Below, piece by piece: positions 36,501 through 48,500 of a stretch of DNA of 64,000 nucleotides (the stretch's first letter is position 1; every line of letters begins with the position of its first letter). The stretch is from assembly GCA_002633005.1 (NCBI GenBank), contig NMRA01000076.1, positions 62,001 through 126,000 on the forward strand, written 5' to 3'. Made by a program: the position numbers and the translations under genes. Source of the stretch: Phoronis australis (taxonomy: Eukaryota > Animalia > Phoronida). The notes under the pieces are model-generated. The model was not told the origin of the DNA. It saw only the letters and a list, made by a program, of their open reading frames with translations, and made no database searches.

Positions 36501-39500
36501 AACCTCTTAAATGTATGCATAAAACAGCTAAGTTAATAAATGTCTGGTGCGTGTTTTGGGATTCAGATTCAAACACGCATTGTTCTTGAAAAATATTGGA
36601 TGACTGAGTGTGTCTACATGTAGGGTTCTTGTTACTGCAACGCATGCCTAGTGAGAGTAAATCTCGTCAGTTTTGAAGAGGGCAATTTCCCATAATCCAT
36701 TGTGCATACAACGTTTCCGTCTGTCTGTGACATAGTCAGTTTGCAACAACCATTGCTTTTTATGCACCCCCATACACATACTGCATATGTGGGTGCATTG
36801 TGCCGTCCTCTCTGTCCATCTGTTTGTCCGTCCGTCCATCTGGCGTCCGGTGTCTGCCATGTTGTATCTTCAAACTCCTTGATGGATATTCATGAATCGG
36901 AAAGCCTGAGCAAATGTTAGGAATACGGTTGCTCCTGTATTTTCAGAGTTCATTTACGGATTTTCATAAAATTTGGTATCCATTAAGAAAACGAAGACGC
37001 CTTCTCGTTTACAGGTGTGCGCCGGCCAGTGGCCATTTTTACTGGTTTCAAGTTTTGGCGTCCACCTCTCTATCACCCAAACCACTCCAGGATGGTTACG
37101 AAAATTTGTATATGTGTTCCTGCTGGAAAGAGGACGACTCACTATGGTTTTCGGACGGCTCCGGCTGCTATAGATCCTCTTAGTGACAGTTTTGTTTCAG
37201 GCTATATCTCGTGAACCCTTGCAGGAACTTTGCTAAATTTGGCAAGTGTATTTCTATGAAGGTAACATCGGATGGCGAAGACTTTCGGATGGATCAGACT
37301 ATCACTGTGCTCTCTAGTGACAATTATTTGTTTTTGTTCTCCCTTGGTTCTTTGAAGCTTCTTGACTGAATTTCATGAAATTTGACAAATAGGTTTCTAT
37401 TAAAAAGACAGTGACGCTTTCCCATTTTCCAATAGATGCGACCCATTGTACACCGCCAGCTAGTGGCCTCCATTTTTTGTTATTTTCAAGTCTGTTTTGG
37501 CGTCTGTCTCTCCATCCGACAAACCACTCTGAGGATCAATATGGATATTAGAAAGAGCACTCCTGGCGATGATTTTTTTACTATTGAGGCAGTGTTGTTT
37601 TTGTCGTCCGCGGTTGTTTCTCCTAAACCAGTTGCATGACATTTGTTAAATTTGACTTGCGTATTTCTAGGAACGTGCCTACGGATGACGACTACTTTCG
37701 GATGCATCAGATTACCGTTGTTCCCCCCTACTAACAATTTACGTTTTTTACGTTGACGCCGTATTTTCGGAGTTTCTTGACGCAGGCATTAAACATGGAA
37801 AAGAGTTTCCCTTAAAGAGATGATAACACCATCTCATTGCCGGATAGATTCGAAGTATTCTATGTCATTAGTGTTAATTTCTATCATTTTTAGTCTGGAT
37901 TTTGGCGTCTGCCTGTCCATCGGCCAGAACACTCTTAGTGTCATCATGAAAACTGGCATATATGTATAGGATATGCAGGACTGTTCCGGAGTCTGGCTGG
38001 CGTGGGTTTTTGGACAAATGGACTACTGCGGAGTCGCCTAGTGGCAATTTTGTTTTTCTTTAATTTGCCCAATTGATATCTACAAAGTTCCCTGATGTTC
38101 ATGAAATTTTGCTAATACGATACTGTCAAGTAGTCAACACCGGCCCTGTTTCAAGGGGATTTGACCTACGTTGCGCAACCTAGTGGCCTTTCTATTCTTT
38201 TTGTGTTCTTGGTCGTCTGCCTCCCTATCCTCCAAACTGCCCCAAGAATCGTGGTGAAAGGTGGCAGCCGTTTTCCTGTTGAGGACAGCATTTCTGGCTG
38301 ACTTGTTTTGCGCCTCCTAGAGGCTACTATTAAGTTTTCTAGCATTGCTCCGTTAGTGACCATCTCTTGTATCAGAGCTCTCTGCTATACACTCTGTGGA
38401 TGCATATCAACGTTGGACTTGTTAATAGGGTGGTCAGTACGTGTTGAATCTCATGGACACATATGGTGGCGGATTCACTGTTATGTTCGTCGCCATTTGC
38501 GAATGTGCCGCAATCAATTGGATATATGGTGAGTATGGAGACATGCAAGTAAGACTTAACCAGGGATTATTCCCGTTCAGTTGTCTTAATCAAAATGAAC
38601 TTGTTCATAAATGGGTGTCAGCTTGGCTACCGCGTTTGGTAAAATGCAACGAAGAGCAACTAATTACCACACTAATTACCACAATTACAAGACTAAGTAT
38701 CATTTTACGCCCAACACTTTCTCAGTGTAATCAAAGCTGACAATAACTGCACCCTAAACGGTAGTACTGATGATTATTAACGGACAAGCATGGCTATTAA
38801 CTCAGAAGAGTTCTACCCAGAATTCTGCAACTGTATCATGACGTCAACCACTCGGGCACATAGGTCTTTTTTACAGATGCATTTTGTCTTTATTTTCGCA
38901 GGAGTCAAACGTTTTGCCGACGACGCCTTGTTTATGCTGGGCTTCCGACCGGGCTTGTATTGGATAATAGCCTGGGCTGTGTTGGCGCCAATCACCCTAG
39001 CGGTGAGTAGCTGTACCTCAGGTACTGTATTGGGTAGGCCTGCATTAACATGTCGTGAACACATCCACTAAAACAAGAAACTGTAGGAACACCGCATTTA
39101 TCCACCTTCACTCTTATCAGGCTTCTATTGTGAGTCAGCATGCGTGAATAATTGGCTGATAAGCCACCTCTGGAACTACTTTGGGCTGAATGGATGACCA
39201 GGCCATAAAATGATAATTAGCCAAGACCAGTTACTATAATGCAACAAAGAACAAGTAATAATGTCTTGCATCACCTAGCCTTGGTGGAAAGCTGTATACT
39301 GTATTGGCTCAAACAAACGCTTAGAAAAATTCATTTCACGGGGAGGGGACGCTTATTGTAGTGAGCCTACGGCAGTTGAAACCCGGTTTCCCAAACGGGT
39401 AAAATCGGAAGCTAGGATTCATCAAATTTACGCTCTGTGACGTATTTGTAGCCTATGACAGCCTTTCTACAAAATTGTGGTGCATTGCTATCAACTTCCG

Positions 39501-42500
39501 TTGTTAAATTACGATAATTTTTCAAAAAATTGTGCTCATCACAGGGCGAAAACTTGCCGACTGATGCGTCGCTGAATCGCGATCGTCAATAGGAAAACTT
39601 GTACTCTTGAATAAAAATATAGTTTCGACTCAACAAATTACCTGAAATCTTCCTGATGTTTTACAATTTTTAAAGTTCCTGTGGAGTCCAGATTAATTGC
39701 GATTAAGTCCAAATGTGCGCTACATCGTACTCCACAACACGAGAAAAATCTCTGGATGAACACACATGTTGTTGTCACGTGACGTTTGTTTTGAAGGTCG
39801 TCTGCGTATGAGAGTGAGTGAGCGTGCGTGTGCGGGTCATCGACGATAGACTTTTTTGTTACAAAAGGCGGAGGATTATGCAAGAAAATGGCGTTTACTA
39901 GATTGTTTTTCCTTAAACGGCTGTAACGTGCAAGGTGAGTGCGCTCGCAGAGTCACATCTCGGAAGTTTCCGGTTTGACGGATGACAAAGAACGATCTCA
40001 ATGAAATTACACAAAGTCGTTTTAGAGCTTGTAATAGCTATACAAAACGTATTTTGAGTATTAAAATGCATTTTTTCCAAAACCTAAATAACACACGGAG
40101 TAGTTCTACATTTATACAATCCTAACTTGGGTCCTATATTTTTGTATTCGTGCGCGCCGAATGAAAGTAATCGTGAGTGTTTCTGTGTTGCAAAATCTCT
40201 TATCCTGGGCCGATTTGAAAAATTCAAAGTTGTATTCGTATTTGTTTTCGCTCCTCTTTTCAAATATTGCAGTAAAAACTACGTAAAATTCTCTCCATAA
40301 AAAGTACAGTTGTTAGGCTAGACTGTAATCAGCTGATCATATCCGCATGAGCGAAGTCAATTATCCTCGCTCGTGACTCGATGTATAGAGCAGCTTGGCG
40401 GCATCCCTTTGAGCATGAGCCGAGCGAGTCTCAGCCAAGGTGGATAAATACGGTCTAGTTCAATTTTCCATACCCCGCCGTTTACCTTAAACACCGGGGT
40501 TAGAACCAATTTTATTTAGTGGGAATGTTCATAGCATGAAGAAATGCTGCTATATAATCTAATCTTGCATTGGTATTCTGGTACATTTGTGGAAGCTTCG
40601 GCATGTGCATAAGAACTGCCGTTGGAAAGGTGTTTTGGCAACGAGAGAACCATTTCATTTAAACTGACATTACAGCATTTCCCAAATGTGTGTATGTGAT
40701 AGTGTATTGTCGTCATCTCTGTACGACTTCCGTCTACACGCCCGTCCAGGGTCCGCGGCTGTATCTCCTAAATCCCTTACAATGTTTTGTGGGATTTGGC
40801 AAATGTATTCCTGTGAACGTGACAACGCGCAATGAAGCATTCGTACGGATCCTAATACTTCTCAGGGGCAGATCCAGGATTTTGAGTTAGGGGCACCAGG
40901 GCTCGGGAATAACCAGAATTTCGGCAGATGCGCGCGCCAAGCCTAAAATGTGGGGATGCAGAGGGCTCGAATGTTTGGGGTTGCCGACCTGTTGACTAAA
41001 AAAACCGTAAACGGGGTTTGTTCAGTTTGTTCAGGGCCTATGCGTTGTTTATTCACCCCCCGATGAGCCCCTGCTTGCGCGCACCCGAACTCCCAAATGG
41101 TATTTGGTACAAGTTTAGGGGGGGCATGGCGCCCTTAGAGGTGGCAATTTTATTTTGTTATGTACATATATACCTCTGTATCTACGGATTTTCATGAACT
41201 TTGGCAAATAAGTGAGGACACGTCTTTCCACTTTCGGATGAATTAGACGTATTTTGCGCTACCTAAGTGGCTCTTTTTTACTCTTTTGAGCCTATTTTTG
41301 GCATCCCGTCCTCTAAGTATCTATCAGACTGTTGTGTTCCTACTGAGACGAGGTCAGCTGACATTTTTGGACGGATCCGGTACTGTGCGTTCCTACATAG
41401 GAGAGTACAATTGGCGTGGATTTTGGGATTCAGAAAACTATGGAGTCCCTGGTGGCAATTTCGATTTTGGACGTACATGCAAACTAGTTACTAATAAAGG
41501 CGACTGCACCTGACTTGTTTAAAGTGAATTTGATTACGCTGTGTTCCTTAATGGCATTTCTATTACTTTTCGTCTGCTTTTCTCATCTGCTTCCATTTAC
41601 GCCAAACTCCTTGAAGAATTATGGTGGAGGGCGGTAAGTGTTTCTTTATTGAGGGAAGCCTAGCTGACTCGCTTAACGCCCCCAGAGGTTATTTTAAATT
41701 TACTAGTATTGCTGTTGTGCGAGAACTTACAATCCTGCTTAATCTCAAGATCGCGTAAGCGTGAAATTGGAAAACGCGAGGCAATTTGACAAATTCACTC
41801 AAACAACCCATGTTCAAGGTCACAAAACTTTGCACTGCACTAAATCAAATTACATTTGAATAAAATAATGCCAGTTATAACCAATTTTTTTCAACTATTG
41901 GCTATCTATTTCACCGAACAATAACTGATTTAACCATTCACATATTCCTCCGATTCTGTGACACAACTTACGGTAAAGGAGAAAATGGGTTATCGTGAGG
42001 CCAATATTTACAATAATTCTTTATGATATTTACATACACAATGGAGATCATGGGCAAGATGCCCACTACTAAGTCCGATTGGATTTCTGTGCTTGACCAG
42101 TGGTCCCGATGGCTCAGTGGCTAGAGCGTCTGCACGGTTAGCAGAAGGTCCTGGGTTCGAGTCCCGGTCGGGGGCAGAAAGCTTTTCGGACTTATATACA
42201 TTAGGTCACGTGATGCGATCAAAAAGATGTCGGATTGAACGGGATAAACTACTTGCAACATATTCCACAGCTCACTGATGATATTTACAATAATTCTTAA
42301 CATGGAACGAAAAAAATCATCTGATTCCCTTAAAGAATATTCAGTTCCAATTTCACGCAAAAGTGCGCGATCTTGAGATTAAGCAGGATTCCAAGTTCAC
42401 GCGCAGCACTGTTCCCTCTTGTGGGAAGTGTAATGACCAACTCTTGTATATCTGCAAGTTGTTTCCGATGCACACGATGGGCGTATATCAACGCTGTGCG

Positions 42501-44306
42501 TTACTTTTGTTGCCTTTGTTATAGATGTTCTTGTTATTTTGCAAGGTGATATTCGTTTACTCACTGGTCGTATTTGAGCCCCTGTCATATGGTTCCTACA
42601 ACTACCCTAACTGGGCTGAAGGAATTGGGTGGGCTATAGCTCTATTTGTCATGGTCCAGATACCCGTATGGGCCTGCATCTCCATTTATCAGCAGAAAGG
42701 AACACTTAGCCAGGTATCAGAACAGCATAGTTCGCGTTTTTATTGTTACTGTAACTATTCACGTGTTTTATGTGAAAGAAGTTTTCAAGTCTTATAAACA
42801 GATCATGAAAACTTCTTTTACCAAGAATTAAATAAAAGGGATCTCCTGAGTTTCACTCTGGAGTTTTACTCAGTAGGTCTCAATGTGTCGCGTGCGCACG
42901 TCTAATGCGTTGCAATAGGCACCAGGCCATCTGCACTTTAATTTCTTACCACTTCTGGTGCTTTTGCTACCTGTCTTTCCATCGCTATTTTGTTGGTTGT
43001 TTCCGTAGTCAAATATCCGGCGGAATTGTAAATGCACTTGCTTTTAGGAAATGATTCTCTTTTTATCCCATACGCGTTGAATCTGTCGAGGGAAATATGG
43101 CCATGTAATAAAGTTTTCCGTATTCACCTCCCGCACTACTTTAACAGCGACCTCTGACATAGAAAGTTCAAAAGATAGGTTAATGTGGAATCGACGTCGT
43201 TAGCCGTTTCGATCACCAAACTTTCGGAAAATAGTTTAAAGTAATGCAATTATAGCAATGTCAATAACGCTCAACATACAATCAGGTCTCAATCGTAACA
43301 TCTGGAACAGGACTGTTGATTATATGACAGTTCTGTCCCAGTTTTTATTTGCTAAATATTTTATCGTTTGCAACTCAGGTGCCGATTCCTCGCTAACTAC
43401 AATATCAAATATTGTTGTTATTTAACTATTTTCAGGAGATGTTACAAGTTCAATGAAAAGTTACCCTTGCTTTCATCTTTGTTATCTCTTTTCAAGTAAT
43501 AAATCGCCACATTTAAAACTGTTTCTTTTACTAAAGAAAACTTGCAGGCCAACGCGCAAGTACATACATATAGGATGTGATCCGCCACGTAAACAGTCTG
43601 AGTGAAGTATTTAAAAAATCTGAGTAAAAAATGAAAGAAACTTAGGAATTCGAAGCGTATGGGATAAATATTCAGTCGAGGTCGATACGCGGAATAATGT
43701 CGAGTGGGATGACACTCCATGTACGCCACTCTCGGTACGTTTTGTGTATTTACACGGAAATTTGCAGCTTACAGCAAGGCCCAATGAACAGTCCGTAGCG
43801 GTTTCAGACACTGGCATGTTTCAATGTTTGCATTTGTTTCAGTTCATTTTGTAGTGTGACTAACGTAATGTTGTTACTGTTGTGTTCTTGTTAAACTGTA
43901 AAACCAGATTTGTGATTTCGTCACTGTTGTCACTGAGACATACGCGAAAAATTATTCTGGGTAGTTAGTCTAAATCATGATAATCCAAGACTGCGTTCCG
44001 TAGACGCGAGAATCGTGAGAAAACTCGATACAGTCAATCAAGACTTCGCGGCATTACAAGCGAATCACATGATCACACAATCTTTACTTTCGAGATACCT
44101 ACATCTCCATGTACGGCACTCAGCACAACATCTGTTCTTCTCTTCTGTTTCAGCGCCTGCGTTCTGCTCGGCTTCCTGCTGCGGAATGGGGACCGTCCGA
44201 TCCTGTAGCCCGGAAGAAGTATGCGTCACGTGACTACCATCGCGTGACCTTCAGGTCCGTTCATCTAGGCAAGGCCATGTTTTCAGAGAACATCGATGAG
44301 TTTTGA
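27411..44306 (+). CDS. SLC6 (neurotransmitter:sodium symporter family) amino-acid transporter, NAT/GlyT-like; 14 visible exons, one exon missing
   Basis: Exons 27411-27539(?), 28358-28487, 29535-29666, 30377-30504, 30890-31125, 31314-31446, 32377-32511, 33130-33233, [TM7 exon missing], 35241-35353, 35984-36115, 38429-38528, 38902-39002, 42546-42713, 44154-44306. Motifs: [50 protein letters not shown]. Confidence 0.92.
27696..28093. mobile_element. MITE-like element with imperfect inverted ends
   Basis: GCTCAGCTCATAGCTC near the left end versus GAGCTATGAGCTGAGC near the right end. Confidence 0.5.
28358..28487 (+). CDS. SLC6 exon (TM1)
   Basis: [43 protein letters not shown]|gtaaac; not in the ORF track. 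Confidence 0.92.
28496..28775. mobile_element. Harbinger-like MITE copy just downstream of the TM1 exon donor
   Basis: Same family as 1053-1343 (TTCATGAGAAGTAACTTAAG ... CTTAAGTCACTTCTCAGGAAA). Confidence 0.6.
29535..29666 (+). CDS. SLC6 exon (TM2)
   Basis: [28 protein letters not shown]...APIAK; GT-AG boundaries. Confidence 0.92.
30377..30504 (+). CDS. SLC6 exon (TM3)
   Basis: [43 protein letters not shown]. Confidence 0.92.
30890..31125 (+). CDS. SLC6 exon (Cys-rich extracellular loop 2)
   Basis: EWNSVNC...[11 protein letters not shown]; phases fit both neighbouring exons. Confidence 0.88.
31314..31446 (+). CDS. SLC6 exon (TM4)
   Basis: [44 protein letters not shown]. Confidence 0.92.
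31650..31962 (+). mobile_element. Probable 3' end of a non-LTR retrotransposon
   Basis: T-rich tract, then a stem-loop GAGGG..CAGT..ACTG..CCCTC (31876-31921), then an A-rich AATAA tail. Confidence 0.4.
32377..32511 (+). CDS. SLC6 exon (TM5)
   Basis: [45 protein letters not shown]. Confidence 0.92.
33130..33233 (+). CDS. SLC6 exon (TM6)
   Basis: [34 protein letters not shown]. Confidence 0.92.
33817..34606. other. Assembly gap (N run), probably hiding the SLC6 TM7 exon
   Basis: 790 N. The flanking exons end in phase 2 and start in phase 1, and TM7 is not visible elsewhere. Confidence 0.9.
34871..34916 (-). ncRNA. Type I minimal hammerhead ribozyme (Penelope-type), minus strand
   Basis: ACUU-CUGAGGA-U-GGUGUU(gaauacau)GACACC-GAAA-CAUG-UC-AAGU. 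Confidence 0.7.
35086..35131 (+). ncRNA. Type I minimal hammerhead ribozyme (Penelope-type), plus strand
   Basis: ACUU-CUGAGGA-U-GGUGUU(uaauaaau)GACACC-GAAA-CAUG-UC^AAGU: CUGANGA and GAAA cores, GUC cleavage triplet, palindromic ACAUGU helix III. Confidence 0.72.
35241..35353 (+). CDS. SLC6 exon (EL4/TM8)
   Basis: [38 protein letters not shown]. Confidence 0.92.
35984..36115 (+). CDS. SLC6 exon (TM8 end/TM9)
   Basis: [16 protein letters not shown]...LLGLPCITR. Confidence 0.9.
36757..38423 (+). mobile_element. Helentron/HINE (DINE-1-like) non-autonomous element with an internal array of degenerate tandem repeats
   Basis: 5' TTTTTATGCACCCC, a (GTCC)n-like microsatellite at ~36812-36840, a recurring TTTCATGAAATTTGG-like unit, a subterminal inverted repeat GGATGCATA and a terminal CTTGTT. 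Related arrays lie at ~10600-11170 and ~40460-41650. Confidence 0.55.
38429..38528 (+). CDS. SLC6 exon (TM10)
   Basis: [33 protein letters not shown]. Confidence 0.92.
38902..39002 (+). CDS. SLC6 exon (TM11)
   Basis: [34 protein letters not shown]. Confidence 0.92.
41712..42412. mobile_element. TIR element (~60 bp imperfect inverted ends) containing a tRNA-like module
   Basis: AATCCTGCTTAATCTCAAGATCGCG (starting 41731) versus CGCGATCTTGAGATTAAGCAGGATT (ending 42390). Confidence 0.65.
42102..42177 (+). pseudogene. tRNA-derived sequence (SINE head or tRNA pseudogene)
   Basis: A box TGGCTCAGTGG, B box GGTTCGAGTCC, D stem GCTC/GAGC and anticodon stem TCTGC/GCAGA. The loop ACGGTTA lacks the invariant U33, and the acceptor stem is imperfect. 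Confidence 0.65.
42546..42713 (+). CDS. SLC6 exon (TM12)
   Basis: [43 protein letters not shown]...LSQ. Confidence 0.92.
44154..44306 (+). CDS. SLC6 terminal exon
   Basis: tttcag|[17 protein letters not shown]...ENIDEF*; the P..EWGP motif is typical of SLC6 C-termini. Confidence 0.88.
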   Translation, partial: RLRSARLPAAEWGPSDPVARKKYASRDYHRVTFRSVHLGKAMFSENIDEF

Positions 44307-45416
44307 GGGCGAATGAATTGAGAAATACTACTATTGTTTGTAAAGATGGACCAGATACCGATATAAAGATAATATACTTACACCATTTCTCACTTACATA
44401 GGTTGACTGCGAAACTGTGAGACCAAAATTCGAATTGAACCCGTTGGTATGTATCAGAGGTCTCATTCGAAAAATCTGATATCCAATATACACACACTGA
44501 TACATCCCTCGTAATTTACACTTAGGAATTTATAACGACACAATTTGGGTATCGTGTACAAAACAATTTGTACAATAACTGAATTATATACATATTCATG
44601 GACAGTTAATGTCAGTTATAACAAGATACACTATGCACTATTAAAGCTGTTTCTTAGTTACCAGAGAAAAGCAGGCTGTCATCCTCGCAAGCTTCGAAAC
44701 ATCTGCACGAACCACTGAACCGCAGCATCGGGCACACAAACAAAAACATCATCTCGAACGGCAAAACTCGAGCGTACAAAAACTTCAAACTCATCGACAC
44801 GTTCACCGAATCATCAATTCGAATCCCGTAATGAAAGTGTTCATAAAGTGGTTTTGTGAACGATTTATGATCGTGACAATATAATCTTGGTGTTCTGATC
44901 GCGTTGTTTGTTTGCCTGTATGATCCTAAGATCCGGGCTGATGAGTCAGTGATTCGTCCAGTCACCAGGTGGCGAGGCCGTCTCAATTACTAGTCGGCTC
45001 ACCTAGAACTGCCAAACAACAAACCTAGTGGAATTTGTCAGTCCGCTCAAAATAGTTCGGCAAAGGAGAAATTTAAGACAAACAGAAACAGAAGTTATGA
45101 AAAATAGAAATGATCGCTCCGTTTTGTTTTTGATACGGCAAGAAGCACCTGATTCGGGCAAGTACGACAAGTAGAGAAACGCTCGTTTCCAACGTGTTCC
45201 ACATACGAAAATCGAAACGATGCGCATTGTACATATATAAAATAGTAGTGTACAAGTTTTACTTAGTGTAAATATTATGACAATATATAATAGAAGACTT
45301 ACTTCTAATTGGTATATACATTAACGAGCGCCTCATATACAAAGCATAGTTTTGATTCGTCTGTTGTCAATGCCAGTACAATATCATTGGGACTGAGGTA
45401 ATATGTACAACTGTGG

Positions 45417-45568
45417 TTAACTTTGATTTTCATGTTGGTAGTTTATATTGTCCATTTGAAATATTTCCGACTTGTTCCCAGAACGCAGACGACAAATCGC
45501 GAACATAGCTAGCATGCCCAAAACTAACCCGCCAATACACACACCAAATCCAAGGCCAATCATGTCAC
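45417..45568 (-). CDS. PAN-protein terminal exon (TM helix and short tail)
   Basis: DMIGLGFGVCIGGLVLGMLAMFAICRLRSGNKSEIFQMDNINYQHENQS*. Confidence 0.8.
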
Positions 45569-48500
45569 CTGAAATTTTAGACACCAGTAGTCAATTGCGT
45601 GAGAGTAACAAATATCAATCTTGATTGTTTACGAAGTTCTTCAAACTGATTTTTTCATGTGTCGCAAGGTGTAGAATTTCACAAAACCGAAGCGTTTATG
45701 GTAGTATCTGGCGGCAAAATGACCACTTCAGTGCGGGGTTGGGTCATTTTTTTATGAGAACGCCATCAGGTAATGATGATGATGGTGATAATCATCATAT
45801 CATTACGAGAAAATAGGTCGCAAGCTGGTGGCATAGAGATCGTAGATTGGTGTTTCCATTGTTCACTTTGTTTATCTTTATTATAATAAAGACAATGACT
45901 AGCATATATCGGTAACCGCCTGATTTGCGCCCAAGTTACGATATCCATGCCACCTTTAGTGTTACATTCAACAAAGACGCAAAAAAGGGGAAAATGGTAG
46001 CGTCCCCTACGTGATAGCCATGCGACGCGCTTACGCTCGTCGCATAGATGTCGCGAGCTAAACAATGCCTTGCGAGCTTGACACGACGTCATTTGGCATG
46101 GGCTAGATTTATTGAAGTCCAAAATTACATGGAAAAATGAACAATTGGTTGAACACAAATGAAGTTCTGCTGTAAGTACAATACAAAAAATAAATGAATA
46201 GATTGGGTTACGCAGGACTTTATTGACTTGTCTGTGTGTATTTTGCCAAATGTCTACAAACTATAGATTTTAACTGAGTAAAATGATAATATTCTCTAAC
46301 AGAAGAAAGCCTTAAGAATTGGATTTTTGACTTTATACCAATTTGCCATTAACTGGGTCACGTGACCATCTCTTTTTAGTAAAATTTGGCAAAAATAAGG
46401 GTACATCCATAGAAAAACGAGGGTACATGACCAAATTGCATTCAATATAAATGCTTTAGATAAAATCTCAAAAACTCTGTTACAGTTTGCTAAGTTATTA
46501 TTTCGTTTTCATTTTATGCTACTTTTCAGTTTTGTTCGTAAAACTCATGCGTGTCCCATTTTTATAGCCTCTGATACAAAACTGGAAGTTGCAAAAAACA
46601 ATTCCTGACAGCGTTCTGGAGGACAGTGCATAGTACATGGGATCTGAAAGGTTCAAAGGAACCCGAAAAGCCAATTCTGAGACGAGATGTTCCGAAGTTT
46701 GCCAAATTTCGACATTTTTCGAGGATCCTAAATAGCCTTAAAAGAAACTCCAGTTGATTTGTAGCTTCGCGTGGTACTTTTTGTAATTTTAAATATGTCG
46801 ATTGCGTACAACAAGCATTTTCAATTATGCACATTGAAGGGCCTATACTGTATCGTCTGCCATGAGTAGAAACAAGGACCCCTGTCTTTGTGAAGTTATT
46901 GACTGAGCCTCGAACATTATTACAGATTTGGAAATTACAAACCAATGTGTTCACCTCGGCAAAAGTCAACAATTGTAAAGCAGTGTACGCCGTAATTTTC
47001 AAAAACTTACCAGACATTAGATTTTGGTCTATCATCTCAGACTAACCAACATTGGCGTACAACAGATTCGCTGGAAAACTGGCCTGTTTCATGAAAAGTT
47101 ACTGACGCTCCACATAAATATTTCTGAAAAAATACTTAACTCTCACTTGAGCGTAAATGCAGTCTCTGAGAACGTACGCTTCACTGCTAGTTAAGCTGAT
47201 ATAATTTTTACAAATTGTTTCTGGACTGTGATGTGTTCATAAACATTTAACTAAACCTTCATTCCACAATTGTGAAGTGGGAGCGGAAGACCAAATTTCC
47301 GTCTTGAGTCTGACGTCACATCTCAAGAAACAGACCCCAGAGCAACTGCCTTCATAAATGTCGAATACTTACTACTACTATAACTGTTCGCACTTTTCAC
47401 TGGTTCTGTGTGCGGTGCAACATATTGATGTGCGGTTCCTGTAAGAGGAAGTGATATGTTCTGTCTTCAGGTTTCACTCCAAAATTATAACACTAAAACG
47501 GCATTAAAACAGCGTTGCGTGGAAGAAACTAACTATGGACTTGGACCATTTAACGCATTGAAATTAGTCTCAGCTTCTTCCTTAGTCAGATGAGAAGTAA
47601 GTGTATTCTTACAAAGAACTAAGATTTATCTATATCTCGAAGCCATGCTGGGCGAATAAAATGACACTCCGTGACAAGGTCAACTTTTAGAACCTGGGCT
47701 CGAGCAATAACGAACCGTCATCTTTTTCCAAGTCCAGAAATAGCCCCTGGAGTGTTTGATTAAGGACCAATTTGAGATCAATGTCAAAATACCAAGTGGC
47801 CTTTGTGACGGAAAGCGTATATTGAGCATTTGGCTGTCAATGTTGAATTCGTTAATGTAGCGTTTTGGGGTTTAAAAAGTTTACCGCGTTCATCTCATCT
47901 TGAATTGTGGTCGAATGTGCCAGCAATTCGAGTCACAACCAAAAGATAGATGCGCCATTTTCGAGTTACGGTTGCCCTAAGGTTGGCTAAGCTAAATTAT
48001 TTCTGAAGCGTTATCTTTAGATGTTGATGGTTTCGACGTTCTTGTTGGTAACGGTAATTTAATCCTATCGCGGTAAGGAGTTTTAAGAGAGGGACGTTTT
48101 ATGAGAGGAAAAGGACCGATTCGATTATCGTTTTCAGCCTGCTAAACAGGGTGAAATTGCTTTAACATGTTCATCCATATCTGGCGAGATCACGCAAAAG
48201 TGCCCAGAAAAGATACATTGTAGGCCTATCAGCGTATGTTCCTAATACCCCCAACACACCAGCAAAAAGGACGGCAACAGAAAGTGATTGGAAGTGTGCA
48301 TCGGAATGTTGAACTATGTGTAAATGGAAAATGTAGGCAAAATTTCATCATATTTCACGTGTTCAAACCGATTTTTCCTGTTGCGAGAATTTCGCGAGAG
48401 ACTGGTGTGATTGAGTGTACCCACGGTCAATCAACTTACTGTTGTAAAAATCGCACGTCTTGTACACTGTCTTTGTGTCAACCTGCCCCACCTTGAGATT

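Noticed and set aside
42102-42177. Functional tRNA-Thr(GGT)
   Set aside because: The anticodon loop lacks U33, the acceptor stem is imperfect, the GGT anticodon is atypical for eukaryotes, and the sequence sits inside a repeat.
44938-44970. CTGATGAG hammerhead-like cores (also at ~6026)
   Set aside because: No helix II followed by GAAA.
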